From: Pelomyxa schiedti
Lineage: Eukaryota > Protista > Evosea
Direction: 5' to 3'
NCBI GenBank assembly: GCA_020536535.1
Contig: JAHLWZ010000004.1
Span: 62,001 to 126,000, forward strand
Length of the DNA stretch: 64,000 bases
Part shown: one piece after another, positions 12,429-24,335 of the stretch
Layout: every line of letters begins with the position of its first letter
How positions within the stretch are numbered: the stretch's first letter is position 1
Made by a program: the position numbers and the translations under genes
The notes under the pieces: model-generated
The model's database searches: none
What the model was told of the DNA's origin: nothing
What the model saw: the letters and a program-made list of their open reading frames with translations, nothing else

Positions 12429-13930
12429 ATGACAGCGTTCCGGTCCGTTGATTATTTTATTCCGCCAGTTGGCTTGTCCCGTAATTACTGTGGGAGGAAG
12501 CCGGTCAAGTCCGAACCGGTGGTGGTCAGGAAAACTAAATACCCACCTGAGGGAGTGAATGCTCTGGTGTGGGAACAAGTCTGTCACGGCGATCTCGTGG
12601 AAACTCTTTTAAAGGGGGTCCTAGAGGCTAACGCTGTGCTCTAATCCCGCTTTTCCGCACCTATTTTTGAAATGCCTCCCAAGCACTCTTGGAGGCAGGC
12701 ATATCACAGTCCCACCGATTTTTGACAGAGGGCACTTCCGTGTGAAGTGCCCCCCCGTCTCAAAAGAAAAACCCAGTACGACGAATTGTGGGCAATACTC
12801 TGCCTCAATACAACAACCTTCGAAGTGGCACAATTCACATTCGGTTTTACTGATTCCAAACAAAAAAAGCATAGGCATAGCTTGGCCCCACAACACACAG
12901 GTCAATTATATTGAAGGGTTATCCCTCAATGAGCGGGAAGTGAATAGGCCCCCATTAATCTAGCTTTGTCCAATAAGGATAATTTCCATTTATTCAAGTA
13001 CATTCCCCATTTCCAATATTAAGACCTATAGTACAATGATCGCTTTGGAATTTGGGTAGCAAGCCTGCATGCTCAGCAGTGGGTATGACTTAAATTTCGC
13101 CAAACTTCTTATTTGTTCCAGGACTTCATCTGAGAGTTGTCACTGCTACCTGAGACTCAGTGGCAGTTGAATTCATCATGAACCGTATCTAATTCCTGTG
13201 CTGTGTTAACCAACCCAAGAGATCAGGCACCTTCATCTGTCAACTGGTCATTGTACGCCCAATACTGTGAGTTCTTGTCACTGTGTATGGTTTGCTCGTA
13301 CTGATCAACTTATCCTGAAATATGCGCCAAGACCCAAATGCCCTGCTCTCTTGGTCTGTTTGCTCCCCCTCTGTACAACCTTGAATCAGTTTGCAGAAAG
13401 CAAAGCAAAGTCTCTATCCAGTATAATATTGGCTCCAGGTAAACACTGGGCTCCAGATCTTGTCTCCTAAGTTGAATAATGGAAGCCAACAGTACAATAC
13501 CCTCCGGGGTAGTCACAAGCCTCAGATGATTCGTTACTGGAATACTCAGGCATGGGTGATGATAGCAATTACCGGACAGTCATTTTGCGCCGCCGGTAGG
13601 CATGCCATGTACCTTCTCATCAGTAGTCCCATTAGGACTACCATTCCGGCTGCTGTCTCCGGTTTCGTGTTACTCCTTACAAGGGTATTCTTCCACTTTT
13701 TCACCCAGAAGTATCTCCCATAGCTTTATGGTGCACTTGGTCACAGTATACTTAAAATCCACGAGTGACAACCCTAAAGGTTCTGGTGCCAGATACCTCA
13801 ATGATGAAGATGACAGCTTTGCATCACATGGGTTCATCAAAACTAAATTTATGTACCAGTGTCTCAGCATCACCGGGAAGTACAGTACAGCTCCAGCATT
13901 CATCAGTCACAACAACCCTCTCAATTGAAG
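12429..13930. pseudogene. Unresolved, apparently decayed coding remnants (WD40-like fragments on the minus strand)
   Basis: No consistent spliced frame found. Minus-strand fragments such as CTIKLWEIL and SGSSDNSQMKSW are separated by in-frame stops. Confidence 0.3.
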
Positions 13931-14659
13931 AGGTCTGCCAGCGCCAAACACGCCAGCCTAACCCCTCGTCTATCTCTGCCCAGCACCCAAACCTAGCCAA
14001 AAATTCTAAAATTCTAAAAGAACAATCCCGCAGTTGCTGTGATTGGATTATTTTTCTCTACTAGCCAACCTTTAATACCATTTCGAAAACGATGCCATTT
14101 TTTTCCAACAAATACAGACAAGTAACACCCAGCCAACCACAAGCAACAAAAACGAAACAAACAACACAATAGCCACCTTCGTCACCATACATTCTTGCAT
14201 TTTGTCCGTACTCACAACAGCAAAACCACCAAAAGAAACACCAAGTGGCAGAAAATAGTCGAAAAATGCGTCAAAGGTTATGGCTCGAAGTGCGGAAAAT
14301 ACGAAGTCGATTTCATGCATGGATCCCATGGGGGTTGTTTTCCCTTCCCTCTCCCTTCTTCTCCTTTCTTCCCCTAACAATGTTATGATGTCAGTCATGG
14401 TTGTTTAATTACATTTATAAGCGTGATTGAATTTGCAGATTTCATATTAGTACAACGATGCCGAGGGTGCACAAATGGTGTTAGAACGCAATGACCACGT
14501 TGAGATGTCGCTCGAACGCGGTCTCTTCGTGCGATGTCGAGTGCAAGACACAGTCTCAGAGATCATGTAGTGCTCGAACAACGTGCATACCCATGTTGGA
14601 CACCCCAAGTTGCTGCACCACCTTGGTGGACCTTGGTACGGTACCAACTTAATACCGAG

Positions 14660-14991
14660 CAAAGGTGCGGACGAATATTCGTAATTCGAATATTCGTTAA
14701 ATTAATTTTTTGACTATTCGTCGAATGTCGAATGCCTGTTACTATTTTGTATTTTTTGTACCTTGCCCCGTTAACGTAAGATGTACGTGTCCCTTTTTGC
14801 CGGATTTGCGACAGTCTAAGAGGCCACAAAAAAAAAACCCTTCGCATAACAATCAATAATGAGGACAGTCTAGTCTGAGGTATGCACAAGTTGGAGAACA
14901 CCTCGAATATCGAACGTCGAATACCGTTTTTTTGGCCGAATATTCGTTTTTCGAATACCATCCTGGCCTATTCGGTATTCGCGCAGCTTTG
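14660..14991. mobile_element. Non-autonomous hAT-superfamily-like MITE (332 bp)
   Basis: 8-bp direct repeat ATACCGAG at 14652-14659 and 14992-14999; terminal inverted repeats CAAAGGTGCG...CGCAGCTTTG (9/10 match); clustered subterminal CGAATA/TATTCG repeats at both ends; no transposase. Confidence 0.85.
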
Positions 14992-15039
14992 ATACCGAGC
15001 AAAGAAAAGGAGAAAAACCAAGTTTATATTACGTCAAAA

Positions 15040-16714
15040 ATGAACACACACAGCGGTGACAACCCCGAGCGTGAGGGCGAGTGGCAACCAAGGCACACCA
15101 CTGCCAAACCCGCTACAACTCTTACTCTCTTACAATCAGAGGAGGTGAATGTGAAATTGGTCACACCTTGCACTCGGAACAAACTGATGATGAATGCACT
15201 GCTGCAGTGGGAGCTGGGCAACATTGATTCTGCACTTGGACTTGTCTCACAAGCTTATTTGCACTTCAGATCTGATCCTGAATGTGGTTGGTTCTCAACT
15301 TCACCTGTTGCCATGACCTGACCAAACACCCAACACCAGGTTGTTGTGAATCAAACCAGCATTACCTTCCAGGATTGTTGTTCCTTTGTGGTCTGATCAG
15401 AGTTACACCAAATTGCAAGATCCTCTTTTATGATCACATTCCCCCCATGTTGTTGCATTATTTTTCATTTGTAATCTCCACCCCATTTCAACAATTCAAA
15501 CGAATCTGCCAAGAAGAAGTGGAGCAGAACAAAACTGGAATGAGGAAGAATGCCAGGGAAGAGTGGAACGAGTTGCTTTCAGTGGCATCTGCAAATGTAA
15601 GTTGCACCATAGTAGATGCCACCATGAACCATCAGGAAGAACGTCACTCCTCCTGGTCGTGCACATACTTTGTGGCACTCTGGATGACCTTCTGCATGCA
15701 GCAGGTCAGCTGTGACAAAACCTTGATTCTGACAGAGCATTCAGAAGATGTTCCTGAAGGATCACCACAACCACCAGCCCTGCTGAGGTATGCCTGCATG
15801 ACTCTTCTTGGTGCACTGTGCTGGAGTGGCACTGGGGGTGAGCGCAGGGAGGCAATATCACTGTGGGAGAGTGCGGCAACTCAGGGTGACACAACTGCAA
15901 TGTGCGAGTTGGCTTACTGCTACGAACACGGTAAAAGTGTTGACAAGTACACAACCAGAGCAGCATCCTGGTATCAGATGGCTGCCAACAAGGGGCACCC
16001 CACTGCCATGTTCCAGTAAGGTCTGCCTTTAATCTTGGATACTGCTTCTTCAATGGACAAGGTGTTGACAAAGATGTTGCCAGAGCAGTCGAGTTGCATA
16101 AGCTGGCTGCTGATGATGGGCAACCCGCTGCTATGTACGAACTGGCCGAGTGTTACTCCTTCGGTACCAGTGTTGGGCAAGACTTCCACAAGGCGGCTGT
16201 TCTCCACCAGGAAGCCCTGGATGCTGGCTACATCAGGTCAGCCGCTCCCCTTGGGGTCTGCTACTTCGACGGTGAGGGCGTTGAGAGGGACGTCACGAGA
16301 GCGGCTGCCCTGTTTGAGAGGGGCGCCAACGCTGGGATTCCTGTGGCAAGTCACTACCTGGCCGAGTGTTACCTCCATGGTGATGGCGTTGTTCAGGACT
16401 TCAACAAGGAGGCTGTTCTCTATCAGAGGGCCCTCGACACTGGGTTCACACCTTCGGCGTTGGGACTTAGTGGCTGCTACTACACTGGGCGGGGTGTTGC
16501 CAAGGACACCAAGAAAGCTTTTGAAATTCTCTACAGGGGTGCTGTGGGGGGTGAGATGATTGCCCAGTACGCACTTGGAAGGTTGTACCAATTTGGTGAA
16601 GGAGTGGGGACTGTGGACATAAGAACAGCAGCAAAGTTCTTCAGACTGGCCGCTGCTGAAAACAGCCCTGAAGCACAGGAGCAAGTCGACGGCATCTGTG
16701 CAACTGGGATTTGA
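15040..16714 (+). pseudogene. SEL1-repeat protein gene, probably frameshifted/pseudogenised
   Basis: Multiple SEL1 repeats (AMCELAYCYEHG, AMYELAECYSFG, LGVCYFDGEGV, AQYALGRLYQFG). Frame breaks near 15195 (1-nt insertion relative to the paralogous copy), ~15320 and ~16017, where AMFQ joins VRSAFNLGYC out of frame without a workable intron. Confidence 0.7.
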
Positions 16715-16909
16715 CAGCAAATCCAACCAACAAGGGACCCTCTAAACACTCCCAGTTAATAGACACAAGGGAATGGCATTCGTTTTTCTTTTGATGTGAC
16801 GCGTGCTGATTAACTAGTTTCTGTGAAAAATCAAAACAACAACGCCCCCACGGCGCCGCAACGTCCCCCAACGGTGGTGACGTCATCGCGCGTAGTCCCG
16901 CGCAGGGCA

Positions 16910-17142
16910 ACTGTGAGCGTGATGGCAAAGTACAACCCAGCCACAACAACGGTGTCACAACCACAACATTGTCACTGAAATCAAACAGGAGGAGGGAAGA
17001 ACACTCGGAACAAACTGATGATGAAGCGTTGCTCCAGTGGGAGCTCGGCAACGTCAGTTCCGCACTTGAACTTGTATCACAAGCTTGTTTGCACTTCACA
17101 TCTGACCCTGATTTCGGTTGGTTCTCAACTTCGCCTGTTGCC
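16910..17142 (+). pseudogene. Truncated duplicate of the 5' part of the upstream SEL1 gene
   Basis: 17002-17142 aligns with 15171-15312 (shared cactcggaacaaactgatgatgaa; LLQWELGN..SAL.LVSQA.LHF.SDP..GWFSTSPVA in both). Confidence 0.75.
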
Positions 17143-17469
17143 CAAATGCCTGGTTCTCCCCTTCACCTGTTTCCAATGCCTGAGAGTTGTATCAGATGGC
17201 CGTCATGGCAGGAGGCACTCCCAATGTATAACTTTGAACACACAGGCTGGGCAAAAAAAAGGTAAACAAACGCAATATCAGAAGATTCCATACCGCAAGA
17301 AAAAGAGCTATACATCCTCCCCACATAATGGCAACGCAGAACAGAAGTGGATCACTGAAGAAATCAAATTGCCTTTTAAATAAAGTGAAGCGAAAAAACC
17401 GATGCCGAGGTGCCACGGTAAAACGCAGTGCACAGGCAATTTAGGCGAAGAAAGGAGAGGAAGGGAGAG

Positions 17470-17600
17470 GACCTGGTGATTCCAGCATCAAGGGATTGAT
17501 GGAAGAGAAGGGCAGCCTCATGGAAGTCCTGGCAAACACCTGTGCCAAAGAAGTAACACGCACGACTTTCCTCCTTGGCAGCTAAGAGATTTAGTCCTAG
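17470..17600 (-). pseudogene. Inverted single SEL1-repeat remnant
   Basis: CYFFGTGVCQDFHEAALLFHQSLDAGITRS resembles CYSFGTSVGQDFHKAAVLHQEALDAGYIRS at ~16150-16240. Confidence 0.7.
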
Positions 17601-18011
17601 CTGAACCTCTTCCACACTTTTTCACTTTTTCCTGTTCTTCCAAATGTGCTCCGCTATCACCTGTGGGCTTGCTTATGACACCTCGCAGCAGACCCCGTCG
17701 CCCATGCACTTCTATTTCATTTGGAATCGTCAATTCTGGGGACTGGAAGCACTTGTAACGGCTGGGCTCTGCCTCCAAAATGCCAACTGGTCAAGGTGGA
17801 ATACCCCATTGTAAAGGAATCCAAAGTTCGGGTGTGGCATTTCTCAGACACCATCTGCAACTTCATCACACAGGTTTTTTGGTATATCTTCTTCTCATGT
17901 GACACAGAGCAAATCTGACGGAACCCTATTTCATTTTCACCATCTCGACACGGCCGAATGAAGTACTACTGAGCCCGATTGGGAATAACAGAGCAATTAC
18001 TTGTGTGGTGT

Positions 18012-18482
18012 TCAACTTGTTGATTCTTTGGAGTGCTTCTGCGCAGTGGTTTCATTGAGCTGAGGGCTATTAGTTCAATCCATGTCGACTGTACAAACCT
18101 GGTCCAGGAACTGTTCCAAGTAAGAGAGGTTATTACTAAGGAGGGTATTTTCATCCTGCAGATACTTGATCTTCGCCGCCAGAAAAGAGTTTTCTTCTTC
18201 TAGTTTCACAGCAACGGTCTGCATCTCCTGGGAAAATGATAAATAACATGGAGCCCCTCTGGATTTACCTCGATGTGTTTATCTTGCTGACGCAGCTCGA
18301 TCCCTTTTGCGGTTCTTTTTAACACTTCAGTATAATTGTATGTTTCTTCACCATAGGTCTTACTTCGTCAGATTTGGATCTCTGTTCTCGTCTGTGTTGC
18401 TCTTCACATACACAAAGTAAGAGGGGTAAATACTGTCTTGGAAGAAAGATACCCGGCCAAGTCTCACATGAACAGACGACAT
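18012..18482 (-). CDS. Short coiled-coil protein (weak resemblance to SCOC/Slo1)
   Basis: Hand-spliced model MSSVHVRLGR-SNTDENRDPNLTK-TAKGIELRQQDKHIE-EMQTVAVKLEEENSFLAAKIKYLQDENTLLSNNLSYLEQFLDQ-LNETTAQKHSKESTS*, all GT-AG introns; heptad leucines. Confidence 0.45.
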
Positions 18483-18686
18483 CCAGATCCTTATCTTTTG
18501 TACCCCCAGCCCTTGTTGCCAAGTTAAAGGAATAAATAAGAAATTTGACATTTGACATGCCAACATGCCAAACGCAAAAGGCGAGTCTCTACGTAGTCCA
18601 ATTCGATAGGAGATTGTAGATTCTGAACGAGAACCCATCAAAATGACAAACACAAAAAAGAAAACAAAAGCGAGATCCGAAAGGCA

Positions 18687-21578
18687 ATGGCAGCGATGAC
18701 AGTGGCAAAACGTGGGTCCGGTGATGCGGGTGCTATTAAGCAGAGGATAGTGACTGCGATTGGAGCGAACAAATTTGACGAGGAGGTGTTGTCATATCTG
18801 GCCTCTGTTGTTTTACACAGCAAATCGCTCGACGACGCAGCCGAGTTCATTGGACCGTTTTTCTTGCAGCCAGGTTGATAACACGTTGTTAATTTGGTCT
18901 GTTATAACGTAGGAAAGGTTATTTGGCGAGCCCCGAAGAAGTGGAGCTCTTGTGCAAAAAAGTTCACCCTGGACTACCCTCTGGAAGTGAGGCTGATACT
19001 ATTGGGCAGCCAGCAGTTAAAAAACTTTCATCCACTGTCAATTTCTCCAAGCTTGCCACGCCGGCTAGTCGCGATTTGTGGGCGGAAAAAACACCAGAAA
19101 GCGTGTGTATTTACCAGCTATTCGCTTCATCTTTAACTGCTTTCTTTTCCAAAACAGCGAGCCCAAATAGATGAAGAAATGGTCAAAAGGGCAGAAGAAA
19201 AACTCAAAGAAAGAAATGAGAAGAGGGCTGCCAAAGAAGCCTTCAGGCAGAATCAAAGGGTATTAATGAATTCGCCTCGCCTTTTGTGAACACAATAAAG
19301 ATGGAACGAGAAGGCATTATGTTGCAAATCGCAAACTATGGCAATACAAACAGGCAAGCTTCAGATGGTCTTCTCACCTCAAAGGTGCCGTGTCTTCCCA
19401 AAAAGTTACTCCAAGTTTTTATTTTTTTTCCTAGGATATTCGTGCTGAAAACTTCGCAATGGCTTATGGCAAACTTGAGTTATTAGCAAATTGCACAATC
19501 AATATCGCCTATGGAAGAAGGTTCAAATTACTTTTCTCAGAACGTTACTAATCACAATCCAGGTATGGTCTTGTAGGACGAAATGGGTGTGGCAAGTCCA
19601 CCTTACTGCGGCACATAGCTCGTCGGCAAATACCCTATTCCCCAAGGATGTCCGTTCTCCACGTAGAGCAAGAAGTAAGTGACCAGTCACCCAAGGTAGT
19701 ACTCAATATTTTTTCAGGTCGTTGGTGATGACACTATTGCCATTAATTGTGTGCTAGCGGCTGATGTAGAGAGGGAGAGATTGCTTCAACAAGAACAAAC
19801 TCTTCTTTCGGAAGGTGGTTCAGCGTATGTGAAACTGTCTCAAAACGTAATTTAACTCTTTCTAGGGCGGAGATACAACGTGTGCAAGAAAGGCTTGTTG
19901 AAATTGATGCTTATAGTGCAGAATCAAGAGCTTCTGCAATTCTCACTGGATTATCATTTTCTGAAGAAATGAAACAACAGGTATAGAACAAACACCAGCA
20001 CCACTGGCTTAAGTGTTAATCCTAAAACCAGCCAACACGAACTTTCAGTGGTGGGTGGAGAATGAGGATCGCTCTGGCTCGTGCTCTGCTATGTCGTCCC
20101 GATGTTCTTCTGCTGGACGAGCCCACAAACCATCTCGATTTCCATGCAGTTGTGTGGCTAGAGAGATTCCTGTCCAACTGGAATCACACCCTTGTCATAG
20201 TCAGCCATCAACGCGACTTCCTCAATAACGTTGTAACCGATGTTATTCATCTGCATCAACACAAGTTGGAATACTATCGAGGCAACTATGACGCATTTGA
20301 GCGTGTTGCTAGTGAAAGAATTAAAGCTGTTAAGAGTGAATATGATGCCCAAGCACTTCAGAAAAAACACATACAGAAGTTCATTGATCGCTTCCGCTAC
20401 AATGCAAAAAGAGCATCACTGGTTTGTTCACTTTTCCAGCATCCTTTATTCACTCCAGCAAGGTACAAAGTCGGCTCAAAATGTTGGACAAGATGGTGTC
20501 CTTAAACCCTATCGTGGAGGAAGGTGCGGTGTTTCTCCCCTTCCCCGATCCCGATCCCGTATCACCACCAATATTGCAAATCGTGGATGTCAGTTTCGGC
20601 TTTACTTCTGACAAAATACTCTTCCGGTTTCCCCGAGCTTTTTCTTTGCTTTCCCTTATCAATTACAGAAACATGCACTTTTCGATAGATATGGATACTA
20701 GGATAGCACTTGTGGGACCCAATGGTTCAGGGAAAACTACCTTCCTCAAGCTTATCACTGGTGACCTGCAACCATCAAGAGGGACGGTATGAAAGGTTAC
20801 CTTTGTGCCGCAATAACGTGCTGTAGGTCTTGCGGAATGGTAAAGTTAGATTTGGAATGTTCTCACAGGTGCAAAACTTTTTTTTTTTTACAATTTCGAA
20901 ATTCATCACAAACAGCACTTTGTCGATCAATTGGACCTGGATGTATCTCCTGTGGAGTATTTCCATAGAATGTACCCAACGATTCCCGTGCAAACATTCA
21001 GGACCCAGTATGTGGATATTAACATAATAATATGTCATCCCATTGTAAATGTATTTCTAACACCAGCATAGCTTGGGAAAGTATGGTATTACCGGGGACA
21101 CGGCACTGCAAACATTGAACACACTTTCTGGTGGTCAAAAGAGTCGTGTGGTGTTTGCTTCAGTAAGCCAGTCCAGTACCTGTATCCAGTCTTATTTCTA
21201 CTCCAGATTGCCTACAAGCAGCCGCATATCTTACTACTGGACGAGCCGTCAAATCACTTGGATATCGAGACAATTGAGGGGTAGGGAAAAAAAAGCAAAA
21301 CCAAACCACATAGCACTAACAGTCCCGCAGTCTGGCCCAGTCTTTGAACACCTTCCAAGGAGGAATTGTCATGGTCAGCCATGACCAAAGGTTATTCTAA
21401 GTGTTGAGTTGGGGATATTGGGATTGGTAAAAGGTGCTGCAGTGATTGCTAATACATTTTTAGGCTGATATCCCTTGTTTGTGACGAGGTCTGGAGAGTA
21501 GCAGATAACAGAGTTACTAAGTGGCCTGGTGACTTGGTGTCGTACAAGAAATTCTTGGAGAGCGCCACCTCAGAATAA
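18687..21578 (+). CDS. ABCF3: ABC-F family ATPase (ABCF3/GCN20 type)
   Basis: Two ABC domains: [39 protein letters not shown]; [28 protein letters not shown]-terminal D..VL.Y extension; no TM segments. Confidence 0.93.
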
Positions 21579-21703
21579 ATTCACAATAAAAACAACCAAG
21601 CCCTTTGGAGTATTTCCACTCTTTATTCTTAGCCAAGGATTTTTTAATACAAAATTTTGGGGGTATTTGTCACCCAGCCAGGAAACGCCAGTCTTTAGAA
21701 TTG

Positions 21704-24123
21704 TCAGCAAAAATAGAGGGAAACGGGAAGGTCACCTGTTAAATCACCGTTCTCTATGCCTTGGTGATGTGCAGTTGTGGGAGGGACCTTTGAAACCGAT
21801 TTGCTTGGTTTGTGCAGCATGGATGCCGCTTTGCCGAGAATTCCACCCAAAAAGAGTTGTGGGGCCGAAGAAGGTGGTGCAATAGTGGGAAGACTGAGCT
21901 GGGCGGCGCCGCACATTCTGGAATATCGGGCTTTGAGGGCAACGCGGACCATTTCCTCAAAACTTTCAGTGACATTTACACGAGTGCAAGCACTTGACTT
22001 GAGGTTTTTTTTTTGAGGGGGGTTGGGGAGAGGGGAATGAGTAGGTAGAGTTGGCAATTCTTGGTTGTGGTGGGGAAATTTACATATGGCAAACCTCGAA
22101 AAAGGGACAGCGTATCTGCTTCGCCAATTCTTCGCCTTCTGCTCGAGATACTTTTCGCTCTCTCTCCAGGTCACATTTCCCGCCTATAAGTATTTTTGGG
22201 TAATCTGGAGTGCCTTTAACCCTGGTTAATTGCTCGTGGAAGATCTGGACCTCCTGAAATGAACATGTACACGTTATGCTGTACCTACAGTTGAAAGGTG
22301 ACTGTAATTCAAGATAATGAATTTTACCCTAAAGAGAAGACTTCTCCGCGTCGCATGTATCTAAGTTTATATGCGTGAAAGAGCAAAGAAGAGGAGGATT
22401 ACTGAGGTCTCATTGCTGAGAACCTAGTGCGCATTCAGTGAGCAACAAAATTGTGTTCCCACCCCTCATGAAGAAAAGAGATTATGTTACACACTCTTCT
22501 TGGCCAGCTTAACTAGTGGTGAGAAGGAGAAACAACATTTTATTATATGAAACCTGTGTCAAGTATGTCGAGGAGGACTTGAACCCCATCAACTGTGACT
22601 TGCCTTCGATAGGACTACATATGGTAAGGAGAAACCATACTGCGAGGAAATACGTCTTCAATTGTGGGATCATATTCTGTTACAAAGATACCCTGCATGA
22701 TAGTAAATTGGTAAACATATTGTAGTTGCTCATTACCAACCTGCACGTATTGAATTATAGTTGCAGATTTTGTGCCTATCCCACCACTTCCCACACAAAC
22801 TATCTTTATAGGATCTGAAGCACAAAATTGGACAGGAGAGACACCAAAGGCAACGCCGAGCTTGTGCAGTGCTGCTTCTCCGATAATATTCGAGTCCAGC
22901 ATAAGAGACTCTGGTCTATGTCCATCTGAAATACTTGCCAACGACAGCCCTCCATCTTCTCGGATATTGCAATTTACAAGTGAAAGCAACTTTAGTGGAG
23001 GTCTACAGCAACAAGCTTGCGCAAGTGCCCGTGCCCCGATATCTCCAAGTGGATTCGTATTCAGGTTAACATTTTGCAGGGAAGTATTGTCCCGCAAGGC
23101 ATTTGCCAAAAGTTGGGCACACTCACAATTCAATCCACACTCAGCAAAGTCCAAGCGTTGCAACGATGCACTTACTGCAATGTGAGGGGCAAGGACGGCG
23201 AGAGACTGGGGGGGAAGGGAAAATTGCATTCGAAAATCAGTCAGGTGCTGTAAGTGTGGGGCAAGGGCTCGTGCAATGCTTGGGGAAAGTGATTTGCTAT
23301 TGGATTCCTCTGCTAGTTCCAATTTTCCGAGAATGTGCCCACACAAGCATGAAAGCCCATCCTCAAAGTTGGAGGGGGTGATGCTAAGTGTAATGTCTGT
23401 GAAAGTTGGTATGTAGCAGCCAGGTGAGTAGCCACTGCGGCAGTGGTTGCAATGAAGACAGTGTGATTCACCCACTGGTACTTTGGTTCCAGAACTCACC
23501 CATCCGGAATTGAAATGGCTAAGGCATGAAGAAAAGACCTTTGAAGAAGCAGGGCCAAAAGACAAAGTTCCAAAGCTCTTTCTTTGAGGAAACTCGAAAT
23601 TCACACGATGGTGCAACAAGGCTGCCATTACTTCAGCAGAAGAATATCCTTCACTAATTCCAAAGTGTGCTCTTATTGATGGAATACTAGCCACCACACA
23701 TAATAAAAAAAAAAAGAAAAAGTGAAAAAGTTAGATACCAGCAAAGGTTTTTTTTTTTTTTTTTTTTTTTTTGCACAGAATAAAATTAACAAAACAGGAC
23801 CAGACATTCCAGAACAAGAACTGCACGTACTGCTGGTCGGGGAACCCCAAACCGGTGAAACTCACAGAATTGTGGGACAACGTGTCGATGTGCCCGGCGA
23901 CCGCCGCCAGCAGAGCAGTCATGCACGACGTGCTCTTGGTCCCACAATCCCATCGCAGCAGCATTCCTCTCCGCAATTTGTCGATCACTTCAGCCGCTGG
24001 ATCTCCATAGTAATCGTCCTGCATTTCGTCTGTCTCTGCCACCGACACCTGCCACACCACCACGACAACTTTTCCTTCGAGTTGCTGAGGCTGATCCTCA
24101 GTTACCAAAGTCTGCCAGTTCAT
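21704..24123 (-). CDS. LRR (RNI-like)-Ras-family GTPase fusion
   Basis: LRRs (LQRLDFAECGL, LQNVNLNTNPLGDIGARALA), then a Ras domain over small exons: GSGGIGTKSA, YDPTIEDSYR, LDILDTAGQEEFSAMR, GGKCDL, FFESSAC. Confidence 0.88.
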
Positions 24124-24335
24124 GCACGCATTGGCTCAAAACACACAACTTGTTGGTGATTCCATTTGTGTGGTGAGAGGGCGGTTCCCCGGTTAGAGCC
24201 AACGATACCCGTTCCATATTCCAGCTACGGAACACTTGATGTTCTGGTTCCGTTTTCTGATTGCGGCGGGAAAGGCGGAAAGAAAACCTCCACCATCACC
24301 CGTCTGTTTTTTGTGACACAACGAAAAAACAAGGA

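Noticed and set aside
12730-12752. Hairpin GGGCACTTC-CGTGT-GAAGTGCCC
   Set aside because: A 9-bp stem with a free loop length is expected by chance in 64 kb; no U-tract or other support.
14072-14398. 108-aa minus-strand ORF with a hydrophobic stretch
   Set aside because: Hydrophobicity comes from a T/G-rich low-complexity strand; no homology or splice support.
14670-14985. Recurrent CGAATATTCG motifs as a possible CRISPR or operator array
   Set aside because: Irregular spacing, both orientations, confined between TIRs; explained as MITE subterminal repeats.
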